Assembly (NCBI RefSeq): GCF_001194135.2
Contig: NC_068989.1
Location: 55,878,574 to 55,920,660, forward strand
Reading direction: 5' to 3'
From: Octopus bimaculoides
Taxonomy: Eukaryota
Length of the DNA stretch: 42,087 nucleotides
The number at the start of each line of letters is the position of its first letter. Position 1 is the stretch's first letter. Position numbers and translations under genes: made by a program. A model generated the notes under the pieces. That model did no database searches. It was not told where the DNA came from and was given only the letters and a program-made list of their open reading frames with translations. Positions 23,144 through 33,887 of the stretch are shown here, piece after piece.

Positions 23144-23178
<35 letters not shown>

Positions 23179-23528
23179 TGATGATGATAATAATAATAAT
23201 AATAATAATGATGATGATGATAATAATAATAATAATAATAATAATGATGATGATGATAATAATAATAATAATAATAGCTGAATGAAAGGTGGATTCAATA
23301 TTTGGAATGGGATACAAATGTGAATAATGCTTATGATTAATGCTTACCTTATAAATAATATATATACATAAATCTTTATTTGATTTTCATATGATATTGA
23401 TTGGTGAGTATTGCTACCACTAGGGAGAACATGTTCTGAAATGCCCTGTTCAGGCATCTTATATAACATAACATCTATTAAAGGGTAAATATGAATCAGT
23501 AGTTTCTGAGATTCAAAGTACAATGTAT
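22450..23528 (-). pseudogene. Gypsy reverse transcriptase (split by the 22960-23277 repeat insertion)
   Basis: FESQKLLIHIYPL...KMPEQGISEHV; YPIPNIESTFHSA; FLTKFNLDSDYHQIQI; GIK..AIFQ; catalytic YQDD decayed to YQYN at 22723-22734. Confidence 0.8.
22960..23277. repeat. (TAA)n, about 105 bp unique, then (AAT/GAT)n, inserted in RT
   Basis: Directly visible; produces poly-I/poly-L ORFs. Confidence 0.9.
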
Positions 23529-24262
23529 CTTTTTCTTTTACTTTTACTTGTTTCAGTCATTAGGCTGTGGCCATGCTGGGGCACTGCCTTGGTGAATTTT
23601 TAGTCAAATGAATCAACCTCAGTACTTTTTTTTTAATTTAATTCTGGTACTTATTCTATCAGTCTGTTTTGCCGAACCACTAAGTTACAGGAACATAAAC
23701 ATACCAACACTGATTGTCAAGCGGAGACAAGGGACAAACACACACACACACATACACACACAAACACACACATGTATATATACTGGTGATGGTACCACAT
23801 AAAAAGCATCCAGTCCACACTGTGAAGTGGTTGTTATTTGAAAGGGCATCCAGCTGTAAAAACCATGACAAAACTAACCTCACCTGTGCTGGTGCGATGT
23901 AAAAAGCACTCAGTCTACTGTATGGGGAGGTTGGTGTTAGAAAGGGCATCCAGATATAAAAACCATGCCAAAACAGACACAGTAGCCTGGTGTAGTCTTC
24001 TACCTGGCTGGCTTGTCGACCATCCAACCCATGCCAGCATGGAAGACAGACATTAAATGATGATGATCATCATCATATATATGTATATATGATCGGCTTT
24101 TTTCGGTTTCCATCTACCAAATCCACTCACACGGTTTTTTGTTGGCACAAGGTTATAGCAGAAGACACTTGCCCAAGGTGCCATGTAGTGAGACTGAACC
24201 CTGTGAAGCATATGGCTGGAAAGCAAGCTTCTTACCACATAGTCAAATCAAGCCAAGCCTAT
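23529..24262 (-). mobile_element. SINE family B split by an RTE tail
   Basis: Tail half at 23529-23782 and head half at 24079-24262. Confidence 0.8.
23783..24078 (+). mobile_element. RTE-type 3'UTR with an internal duplication of about 105 bp and a (GAT)n tail
   Basis: Two AAAAAGCA...GGGCATCCAG..TAAAAACCATG units, then CCCATGCCAGCATGG; 11-bp TSD ATGTATATATA (23772-23782, 24079-24089). Confidence 0.75.
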
Positions 24263-24359
24263 GTGCACTTTCTTTTAATCTAGTATTAGTTTTACAAACT
24301 TTAAGCATACCAATAGTGTTAAAATAAACATACCAGACTTGATTAGTCTTGAGCTCTCA

Positions 24360-24640
24360 ACATTTAATACATCAATCCCAGAGATATTAGAATTTTTAAC
24401 ACAACCCACAACCATCACAACTCCAACTTCAAATTAAGTGCCTATTTCTAATTTATCTCCAAAGCAGACCAATTTTAGTATTTGATCTACCAAATGAATG
24501 AAGTTTAAGAGTCCTTTATTCTCGGGAAGTTTTAGTTGACCACTGAGTATGCAAAAGGTTCTTAAAAGAAAGGTAAGCTTACAGCCTGTATCCACTTCCA
24601 TTTTTAAACTGATGCAGTTTAACTTGAGGTAAAAGTTTAT
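24360..24640 (-). pseudogene. Gypsy aspartic protease
   Basis: KMEVDTGCKLTFL (DTG at 24584-24592) and C-terminal NISGIDVL (xLGxDxL-like). Confidence 0.75.
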
Positions 24641-24659
24641 TTACACTGTCATGTATCTC

Positions 24660-25870
24660 TAATGTCTCATTATCCACATTCTCTGTTTTTACTTTTCAAA
24701 CTTACTAAAAGTTTAGGGGGTTTTTTGTGTTTTTTTGTTTTTTTTTTCAATGGCACTATTTACATATCTTTCCAGCTGCTGCACATTTTCCCTTTCAGAA
24801 ACACGTGTTCATTCATAGCCATAAGCTTTACACCTTTAAAACTTTCAGAGAAAAATAAACTGTACTTCATGAGATAAAATAATTTCCTGTTGTTGAATAA
24901 ATTTCAAAGATGCATCTGGAGATATATTTCCCAGTTGAAATTGTTCCACTATCCTTGATCTATTTGATTTTTTTTTTTTTATCTTTTATCTTTTACTTCT
25001 TTCAGTTATTTAGATTGTGGCCATGCTAGGAAATCACCTTGAAAAATTATAATCAAACAAATAAGCCCCAGTGTTTATTTTTTAAAGCCTGGTACTTATT
25101 CTATCAGTCTCTTTTGCTGAACAACTAAGTTATGGGGATGTCAAGTGGTGATGGGAAGACAAACACAGACAGAAAGATACACACACACACACATCAGGTT
25201 TCTTTCACTTTCCATCTATCAAATCCACACACACACAAGGTTTTGTTCAGCCCAAGGCTATTGTAGAAGACACTTGCTTAAGGTGCCATGCAGTGGGACT
25301 GAACCCAGAACCATGTGGTCAGGAAGCAATCTTCTTGCCACACATCTGCAATATTTGGTTCATGCCTCCAATAAGTTTCATCCGAATCAATACCTCTTCA
25401 AAACATGGGATCCCTTGACCAAGTCTGTCATATACAGAAACAGGGTCCAACACAAAGATATTGCAAATAATTAAAACTAGGCTCAGACAATTCTTGATAA
25501 AAGGGATATATATATCTAATACTTTCAGCAATGACCACTACTTTTTAGGTCCCATATTGTTCAATAGATTCTGTAATTTAATTAAAATATATGTCCTCTA
25601 GGTACATGGGATTAACCAACAGGGACACTTTCCTAAATGCCCGAAGACTTGCTTTCAATAGAAATACATCTGTTATCTCCTGAAGACCACAGCATTCATT
25701 ATCATCATCCTTCAATTCCTTGGCTGAAGAAGAAGCCACAAAACATCACAACCATATTTCAATAGAGTCACTATCAGTTAATAACAATTCAGATCCTACA
25801 AGCATTGGAATACATAATTCAGCAACAAGTGAATATAGCAATATCAGAAATAGGTAGAAGTACATAAATG
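24660..25870 (-). pseudogene. Gypsy gag (split by a SINE B)
   Basis: One frame with scattered stops: KVVVIAESIRY..FYQELSEP..NYLQYL...RGIDSDET, matching the VIAERxRF..Q..ES..Y...GIxSDExR pattern of invertebrate Gypsy Gag. Confidence 0.65.
24970..25351 (-). mobile_element. SINE family B, full length, inserted in gag
   Basis: Full homology; possible 9-bp TSD TATTTGATT/TATTTGGTT (24961-24969, 25352-25360). Confidence 0.85.
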
Positions 25871-25945
25871 GAAAATTCTATTCAGCTGTAAGTCTACAAA
25901 TTCTAGTACATAAAACCAACTTAGGAACTGCACTCAGCTATAATT

Positions 25946-25975
25946 TGGTACGCAGACATGCCATGTTATAATGTC
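25946..25975 (-). other. Candidate PBS and last 12 nt of the 5' LTR
   Basis: Minus strand GACATTATAACA|TGGCATGTCTGC. The 12-mer matches the 3' LTR end (GTCATTATCACA, 10/12) and is followed by TGG. The rest of the 5' LTR is not detectable. Confidence 0.45.
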
Positions 25976-26566
25976 AGCAGAATTCTGGATTAAGCACCCC
26001 AAATAACCCCTCATAATTTCTTCTATTCTGGGAAATTTTCAGAAAATGTTTGCAAATTTGTTTTCTACACATAAGAATTCATACAATTATGAAAAACAAT
26101 TTTTGTTTGTATGTGTGACTTAAGGGTTATTTGGCTGTTGTCTTTAGCATATCTCAGGACCACCTTGATACCTTCCTCATTTCTTTGTCATTCTGACCTG
26201 TATTGATGTTTTTCAATATTTTTCTTCCCCTAAACATATTTAATGGAATGACAATGCACCTAAGTCCATTGCTGGACTTGAAGCAAAAAATTCAGACTGT
26301 CCATATTTTAAACTCTGACTTAAAAAAAAGATTAAAAAAAGAGTGAAACTTTTAGGATTTACAGGGCAGGAGGTTTAAAAGATTTTAAAAAATTCTTTTC
26401 TTTTTTTCATAATCATATGAATTCCCATGTGTAGAACACAAATTCACAAAGATTTTTCTTTTTAATTCCAAAAAATAAACAAGTTATGAAGAGTTTTATG
26501 TGATGCTTAAACCAAAATTCCACCATAATGTCTTTACTTTTCTCATATCCTGGTTCTGGCTTCTCT

Positions 26567-26716
26567 TGTCACATAAACCATTATGTATAAGGATGCCAGA
26601 GATTTATTATCATCAACAGATATTTTTACTCATTCTTCTAACTGTCCGGGTGTAACCAGAGTAGTGTAAATGATAAAACAATTAATACAAGATAATATAT
26701 AACATATTACGTGACA
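26567..26716. mobile_element. Possible 150-bp solo LTR
   Basis: TGTCACATAA...TTACGTGACA (10-bp terminal inverted repeat, 1 mismatch, TG...CA); no TSD seen. Confidence 0.4.
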
Positions 26717-27022
26717 ATACTATAAATTTAGTTATACTTCATACTAAGTACTTTTTTCATATTACTTCCAAATATATCGTCATTGTCATTTTTACATTCA
26801 CTTTCCCATGCTGATATGGGTTGGTCAGGTTATCCCGGACCATATAAGTTCTTATTTGAAGCTACAACTCATCTAAACAAACTAGGCCCACATCTTGTTC
26901 ATATACTTCATTTTGGGTATATTTTCTATACCTTTCTTATCAGTATTGGCTTTATTTTTACCTCAGAACAAAGCCTGTTTCAATGACCCTGCTATACTGG
27001 TATTAATTTCATTGTTAAGTTC

Positions 27023-27460
27023 TTAACCCTTTAGCATTTAAACCAGCTATATCTGGCCAAAATATTCTACCTGTTTTATGTTCAAACTGACCAGATCTGG
27101 CATCTCACACTTACCCTACTACGTTATTCTAAAAATAAACACTCATGTCATTGAAATTTCAAAGCTACAAGATAATCCTTTCTGCTAAAGACACAAGGCC
27201 TGAAATTTTGGAGGAGGGGACTAGTCAATTACATCAATCCCAGTGCTTCACTGGTACTTAATTTATCAACCCCAAAAGGATGAAAGGCAAAGTCAACCCC
27301 AGCGAAATTTGAACTCAGAACATAAAGGCAGAAGAAATGCTGCTAAGCATTTTGCCCAGCGTGCTAACGATTCCACCAGTTAGCCACTTTAAAAGCTACA
27401 AGATAATGCATAACTAATGCAAATTGATGTGAATAAATAATCGAAACATTAAAGGGTTAA
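27023..27460 (+). mobile_element. piggyBac-type MITE (family P1) with a nested SINE
   Basis: TTAA|CCCTTTAG ... TTAAAGGG|TTAA. Confidence 0.85.
27177..27391 (-). mobile_element. SINE family A nested in the MITE
   Basis: Perfect 16-bp TSD AAAGCTACAAGATAAT (27161-27176, 27392-27407). Confidence 0.9.
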
Positions 27461-27797
27461 GGGTGTAAAATTGTAAGCACTACTGAACCAAAACCAAACA
27501 TGTGGTTGCTCAACCTGCTATAATTAACAACCAAATCGTCCCCAAATCCTGCTGCCTTATAAATGAAGGACACAAAAAGAGAAATATAGGATTACAGTTG
27601 GAATGCTTTTGATCATAAATCTACTCAATAAGGGATATCTTATAACTAAAGAACTAAGAGAATCATGAACCCACAGACAGATGCCACCAAGATCAAGTGA
27701 AGTGTTTGGTGCTAGAATGTGTTTTAACTAAATTTCACAACTTCCTGTACAAAGAAGAAAGTTAAATTGTATAACTAGAACAATCTTGTTATATTCT

Positions 27798-28570
27798 AGA
27801 CATAGAGGAGGGAGAGGAGGAGAGAAAGACAGGAGGGGGAGAAGAAAGAGAGAGTAGGGGAGGAGAAAGAAGGGAGAGGAGAGGGGGGAGAAAAGAATAA
27901 GTTTAGTGACAGAGTCAGTGGCAGAGGGTAAAAGTAAAAGGAACTATTAAAAAAAAAAAAGGTGTCTGACATAAATGTCATTTGGAACAGAAGTGTTTTG
28001 ATGGGGGGTGAAGAGGGAGTAATTCTAGTGAGAAGTGGGCAAAGGAGTTAGGTTTAATTACTGAAGTAATTAAATCAGGGGTCACAGGGTGCTTTGGTGG
28101 AGCAGAGGGGGAGCTTGAGTGGCTTCAATTACTGGAGGTTTTTTTTTTTTAGATAGATTTTTTTTCTTTGTTTAGTTGTTCATTTGTTTTTGGTTTTTTT
28201 AATTCAATAGGAGTAAACCAGGAAAACTGATGCTAAGAGATATTTAGAGAGGTGACAGAAATGGGAGAGAAAGAGAAAATGGTGGGAGACAGAGAGAGAG
28301 GAGAAAACAAGATAGTGTGAGAAGAGAGGAGAAATAGGGAGAAAAAAGTAAGGGAAATGAGAGGAAAATATGCAATTAAGAGAGAAGTGAAATAGAATGA
28401 AAGAGAATTTTCTCCTTGGTTGGAATATTAGCAGGAGAAACAGAAACACACGGAGGTAAACTTTTGAGAAAGAAATGCTTCATTAGAAGATTTCTTTCCC
28501 TGATTGGTAATGAATGTAGGAACTGAGGAAAGAAGAAGGAACAAAGAAATATAAGAAAAAAGGAGTGAAA
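27798..28570. repeat. Purine-rich (GA) low-complexity tracts with a central poly-T stretch
   Basis: Directly visible. Confidence 0.85.
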
Positions 28571-28629
28571 AGGATCTATTTTCCATTATATAATTAATTC
28601 AAACAATCTCTTCAGGATTCAAAGATTGC

Positions 28630-28757
28630 ATCAGTGTGTGTATGTGTGAGTGTGTGTCTGTCTGTATATGTGTGCGAGAGTAAAATTGTATGCTTTCATG
28701 TGTACTTAAATATTTAATCATGCAGCTATGTAAGAGCATGTGTGTGTGTATATATAT

Positions 28758-28790
<33 letters not shown>

Positions 28791-28960
28791 TATATACAAA
28801 TGCATGCAGTCATGAGTCCATGTAGGTGGTGGTGGTGGGGAGTGTACATAAATGTATAGTGGCAAGTAGCTATGTAAGAGGGTATGTGCATATACGTGTA
28901 AACATAAATGTGTGTGTGTGTGTGTGTGTGTGTGTGAGCGTGCGCATGTGTGAGTGTGCT
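28630..28960. repeat. Compound (TG)/(TA)/(TACA) microsatellites
   Basis: Directly visible. Confidence 0.9.
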
Positions 28961-29334
28961 TGGCCCCAGGTCAGTGTTGATCAAACAGAAATACGATCAA
29001 AAGCATTCCAGAAGTAAACAAACTGGCTTAATATGCAGGAAACCAAGGGCCATTATGCAAAGCATTTCCTCTAAGACAGCATTTCCAAAACCTATTTTTG
29101 CCCCCAGACTCCACAATAACTTCCCAGAAAAATGTATTAATGGTTGGAAAAAAACAACTGTATTTTAAATATTTTATCACAATTATTTAATACAAAAGAA
29201 TCTACTGGTAACCCTTTAAGTAAAAAAAGGATTTTCATAATTCCATGCCCCACTAAAAAAAAAAAAGGAAAAAAAATTGAATCCCATGCCCCACCAGTGG
29301 GGTGCATACCCCTTGTTATGAATCACTGCTCTAA

Positions 29335-29560
29335 GATCATCATCATCATCATTTAACGTCCACTTTCCATGCTGGCATGGGTTAGATGGTTTGACTGGAA
29401 ATGGTAAACCAGGGAGCTGTACCAGGTTCCAGTCTGATTTGGCATGGTCTCCATGGCTGGATGCCCTACCACTCCCAGAGTGCAATGGGCTCTTTTACGT
29501 GCCAGTGGCACAGGTGCCATTTGCATGACACCAGCAATGGCCACAACTATGATTTCATGG
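29335..29560 (-). mobile_element. RTE 3' tail
   Basis: (CAT)n-TTAACGTCCACTTTCCATGCTGGCATGGG...GGCTGGATGCCC. Confidence 0.8.
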
Positions 29561-29639
29561 GTTTCATTTACACAACACCAGCAGGGTATCAAGGGAATTT
29601 GGCTGGTAATTCCAGCTGTTCAGTCGATTGCATGTATGC

Positions 29640-29880
29640 GCTTATTTGTAAGGTGGCACGTAAAAAGCACCATCCAAACGTGGTTCATGCCAGTGCCCCA
29701 TGAATGGCTCCCGTGCTGGTGGCACATAAAAAGCATCATCTGAAAATGGTAAATGCCAGGTCCACCTGACTGGCTCCTGTACCAATGGCACATAAAAAGC
29801 ACCCACTACACTCTCGGAGTTGTTGGCATTAGGAAGTGCATCCAGCTGTAGAAACATTGCCAGATCAGACTGGAGCCTTG
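29640..29880 (+). mobile_element. RTE 3'UTR with three units of about 60 bp, opposite in orientation to its neighbours
   Basis: Three GCACRTAAAAAGCA units, then CCCACTACACTCTCGGAG...GCATCCAGCTGTAGAAAC...CAGACTGGAGCC. Confidence 0.8.
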
Positions 29881-30100
29881 GTCACTAGTCATTGCCTCGG
29901 TGAGGCCTAATGTTTGAAGGTCGTGCTTCACCACCTCATCCCAGGTCTTCCTGGGTCTACCTCTTCCACAGTTTCCCTCAGCCGCAAGGGTGTGACACTT
30001 TTTCACACAGCTATTCTCATCCATTCTCACCACATGACCATACCAACGCAATCGTCTCTCTTGCACATCACAGCTGATGCTTCTTAGGTTCAACTTTTCT
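29881..30100 (-). mobile_element. RTE ORF2 C-terminus
   Basis: RRLRWYGHVVRMDENSCVKKCHTLAAEGNCGRGRPRKTWDEVVKHDL (RWxGHVxRM and GRPRKTW motifs). Confidence 0.9.
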
Positions 30101-30174
30101 TAGTAATTTTTTTTACCAACAATCTCTGTTTTCAGATACGGAGGTTCCGGAAAATTGTCAAAAATTGGCATTGT

Positions 30175-30566
30175 NNNNNNNNNNNNNNNNNNNNNNNNNN
30201 NNNNNNNNNNNNNNNNNNNNNNNNNNNNNNNNNNNNNNNNNNNNNNNNNNNNNNNNNNNNNNNNNNNNNNNNNNNNNNNNNNNNNNNNNNNNNNNNNNNN
30301 NNNNNNNNNNNNNNNNNNNNNNNNNNNNNNNNNNNNNNNNNNNNNNNNNNNNNNNNNNNNNNNNNNNNNNNNNNNNNNNNNNNNNNNNNNNNNNNNNNNN
30401 NNNNNNNNNNNNNNNNNNNNNNNNNNNNNNNNNNNNNNNNNNNNNNNNNNNNNNNNNNNNNNNNNNNNNNNNNNNNNNNNNNNNNNNNNNNNNNNNNNNN
30501 NNNNNNNNNNNNNNNNNNNNNNNNNNNNNNNNNNNNNNNNNNNNNNNNNNNNNNNNNNNNNNNNNN
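30175..30566. other. Assembly gap (392 N)
   Basis: N run. Confidence 1.
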
Positions 30567-30954
30567 GGGGGTAATTTAGAAATGTCGATTTTTGCCAATT
30601 TTTTTGTAGATTCATATTCCCCGTAGCCAAAAAGGGGGAGTTTGTGTCAAAAAAAATTTTTTTTTTAAAAGGGTGGTTTTTTTGTGGGGGGACGGGCGGA
30701 AGTCTTGCCCTATTTAGTTATGGCTACTAGAATGACAGGGAATAAGTCCAACGCTATCTACCCTTTAACAAGAAAGTATAATACTTGTTACCTCGTATGC
30801 TTTCTGACTGTTTTTATACATGCCGGTCCATCGTGGTTTGGCTTTAATTATATAAATGGTGAAATAAATGTTATCTACAACTTCAGCCACTGTCTTTCTT
30901 GGAGTCAACATCAACATCTTTGCCTTCAACATAGACAACTACCATTAGAAATCA

Positions 30955-31259
30955 TTTGACTGTGGTCATCACTTTGAAGAGTTTTAGTCTAACAAATCAA
31001 CCCTAGGACCTAGTTCTTATTCTATCAGTTTCTTTTGCTGAACCATTAAGTCACAGAGTTGTAAATGCACCAACACTAGTTGTCCAGCAGTGGTGAGGTG
31101 ATAAACAGATACACACACACACAAATATACGGCAGGATTCTTACAGTTTCCGTCTACAAAATCTACTCACAAGGTTATAGCCCAAGGTGTCACCCAATGG
31201 GACTGAATCCAGAACCATGTGGTTGGGAAGCAAGCTTCTTACTACACAGCCATGCCTAT
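30955..31259 (-). mobile_element. SINE family B with internal deletions
   Basis: Tail and head homology with central (CA)n. Confidence 0.8.
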
Positions 31260-31342
31260 GTATACATGCACACACATACATCAAAATAAATACATACTGA
31301 TAGATAGACAGACAGACAGATACATACATATACAAAATAATT

Positions 31343-31699
31343 AAAATTCAGAAAACGGAGAAGTAACATTAATATAATTTATTAACTACAAAAATTCAAC
31401 GATCTTACAGCTGTTTCGATTTTGCCCAAAGAATTAAATTCCAGTAATTAAAAGACTTTATGTGCAAAATCTCGTCAGAGGAGTAAAAATGACATACCAA
31501 TGGATTATTATATGGAAGAATAACACATAATAACCTAGTGTTATGTCGTTTTTACTACTCTGACGAGATTTTGCCCAATAAAATATTTTAATTACTGGAA
31601 TTTAATTCTTTGGGCAAAATTGAAACAGCTGTAAGAGAACGTTGAATTTTTGCAATTAATAAATTACATTAATGCTACTTTTCCGTTTTCCGAATTTTT
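31343..31699. mobile_element. Foldback/MITE-like long inverted repeat
   Basis: Arms 31343-31496 and 31542-31699 are near-perfect reverse complements with a 45-nt spacer. Confidence 0.85.
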
Positions 31700-31761
31700 A
31701 TTTGAATATTTGTAAACCAAGATTTATACTTAAACCTATTATTTTATGAATATTACTATTC

Positions 31762-31800
<39 letters not shown>

Positions 31801-32239
31801 ACAGGCACACACACATACATAATTAACTTAGTGATTTGGTTATTTGTGTCCAACCATGTGTGAATATGGATAGAGATGTACACCATCAAAGTGTGTAGCC
31901 CAGAGATTGATAGTAGACGGATTGTTCTTGTTTGTTTTTTTTTAAACATGGAGTAACACACTATACTATGGCAGAGACAGACAGAAGGATGGACAACACA
32001 ACTTACGTGGAACGAATACTTAATCTGTTGACTATCCGTACATACTCTGTGTGCGTGTGTGCCTACGGGAACTATGTGTATGATGGTGTTTGTTGTGTGT
32101 GGGTGTAAACTGACGGCATTATAATTCATTATTTATAATCTATCTATAGTAATCTATCACATTTCAGTGTCTATTTCTAAATCGTTATATATTGATATCA
32201 ATCCATCCATCCGTCACCGTATTCAATCAACAAGCTATG

Positions 32240-32309
32240 AAAATTTATATATATATAGAGAGAAAGATACAGACAAATTAGAAAGACAGATAGATATATA
32301 TATATAGAG

Positions 32310-32351
<42 letters not shown>

Positions 32352-32721
32352 GTATTTATATGTATGCATATGCATTATATATATATAAGTATATATATAA
32401 ATAGATGTATATATTGATGAATATTTACACACACACATACTTTTATAGATAGTTGACAGCTATTCAAGTTTTGCCGGTATTTGACCTCATCAGAATGTTC
32501 CGTTTTTAAACTTATAATCATATGTATGAATGTATGTTTATAAAGATGTATGCATACATATACAAGCAATTTAATTTGTATGTAATTATAAATATATATG
32601 TGTGTGTGTGTGTGTATGTATATATATATATATAATATATATATTGTGTGTAGTTACAGATTTGTGTATATAAATATCCAATAAAATACCCATTTATATA
32701 CATGTGCATATGTATACAGGG

Positions 32722-32780
<59 letters not shown>

Positions 32781-32900
32781 TGTATGTATATAGTATTATA
32801 CATACACACAAAGACACACATATATACACACACAAGTATATATACATACAAACACACGCACATATATATACACACACGCACACACATATATATATAATCC
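32240..32900. repeat. Compound (GATA)/(TA)/(TG)/(CA) microsatellite field
   Basis: Directly visible. Confidence 0.95.
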
Positions 32901-32902
32901 AC

Positions 32903-33163
32903 TACTTGTTTCCCTCACATAGACTGCGGCCATGCTAGTACACCGCCTTGAACAATGTAAGTTGAACGAATTGACCCCACTACCTTTTTTTTTTAACACC
33001 AGGTACTTATATCGGTTGTTTTGCTGAACCGCTACGTTACGGGTACGTAAACACATCAACACCGGTTGTCAAGCTGTGGTGGAACTCACATGCACACACA
33101 CACATATATCTAATATATATATACAACGGACTTCCTTCAGTTACCGTCTACCAAATCCACTCA
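32903..33163 (-). mobile_element. SINE family B lacking the head, CpG-retaining
   Basis: GACTGCGGCCATGC...GAACCGCTACGTTACGGG...CCGTCTACCAAATCCACTC. Confidence 0.8.
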
Positions 33164-33357
33164 AATATACATGTATACATATATATTTGTGTGTTTGTGT
33201 ATATATATATATATAATTTCCACACATGTAGTTACGTGTGTGTGTATCTATTCACATACAAGCACGTTTTGTGTGTTTATATAAATATATGTACGTAAGT
33301 ATTTATATGTATGTGTGTATATATATATATGTGTGTGTGTGCATATGTATGTATGCG

Positions 33358-33557
33358 TAAAGAAGCCCGTCGTATATATGTATGTGTGTGTGTTGGTCCC
33401 CCCAACATCGTCCCCGTAACTAGGTTCGGCAAAAAAGACCGATAGAATAAGTACTAGGCTTACAAAGAATAAGTCCTGGGGTCGATTTGCTTGACTAAAG
33501 GTGGTGCTCCAGCATGGCCAAAGTCAAATGACTGAAACAAGTAAAAGAGTAAAAGAG
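33358..33557 (+). mobile_element. SINE family B 3' half, CpG-retaining
   Basis: GAAGCCCGTCG...GACCGATAGAATAAGTACTAGG...GACTGAAACAAGTAAAAGAGTAAAAGAG. Confidence 0.85.
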
Positions 33558-33601
33558 ATATGTATGTGTATGTGTGAATATATATATATATATGTGTGTG
33601 T

Positions 33602-33887
33602 NNNNNNNNNNNNNNNNNNNNNNNNNNNNNNNNNNNNNNNNNNNNNNNNNNNNNNNNNNNNNNNNNNNNNNNNNNNNNNNNNNNNNNNNNNNNNNNNNNN
33701 NNNNNNNNNNNNNNNNNNNNNNNNNNNNNNNNNNNNNNNNNNNNNNNNNNNNNNNNNNNNNNNNNNNNNNNNNNNNNNNNNNNNNNNNNNNNNNNNNNNN
33801 NNNNNNNNNNNNNNNNNNNNNNNNNNNNNNNNNNNNNNNNNNNNNNNNNNNNNNNNNNNNNNNNNNNNNNNNNNNNNNNNNNNNNNN
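33602..33887. other. Assembly gap (286 N)
   Basis: N run. Confidence 1.

Larger units (their letters stand above)
19834..25975 (-). mobile_element. Decayed Ty3/Gypsy LTR retrotransposon (gag-PR-RT-RH-IN-3'LTR) with nested insertions
   Basis: Recognisable domain motifs occur in Gypsy order on the minus strand across stops and frameshifts; see sub-features. Confidence 0.85.

Noticed and set aside
25340-25960. Initially read as a secreted-protein pseudogene or viral insert (MYFYLFLILLYSLVAELC...)
   Set aside because: Explained as Gypsy gag by its motifs and its position upstream of the DTG protease.
30100-30630. Long ORFs across the first gap; inverted AAAAATTGGCA/TGCCAATTTTT on the gap flanks
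   Set aside because: The ORFs are N-run artefacts, and the flanks look like low-quality read ends.
32235-33062. Many overlapping YI/CV/HT-rich ORFs (also 34365-35010, 28599-29017, 6069-6317)
   Set aside because: Translations of microsatellites.
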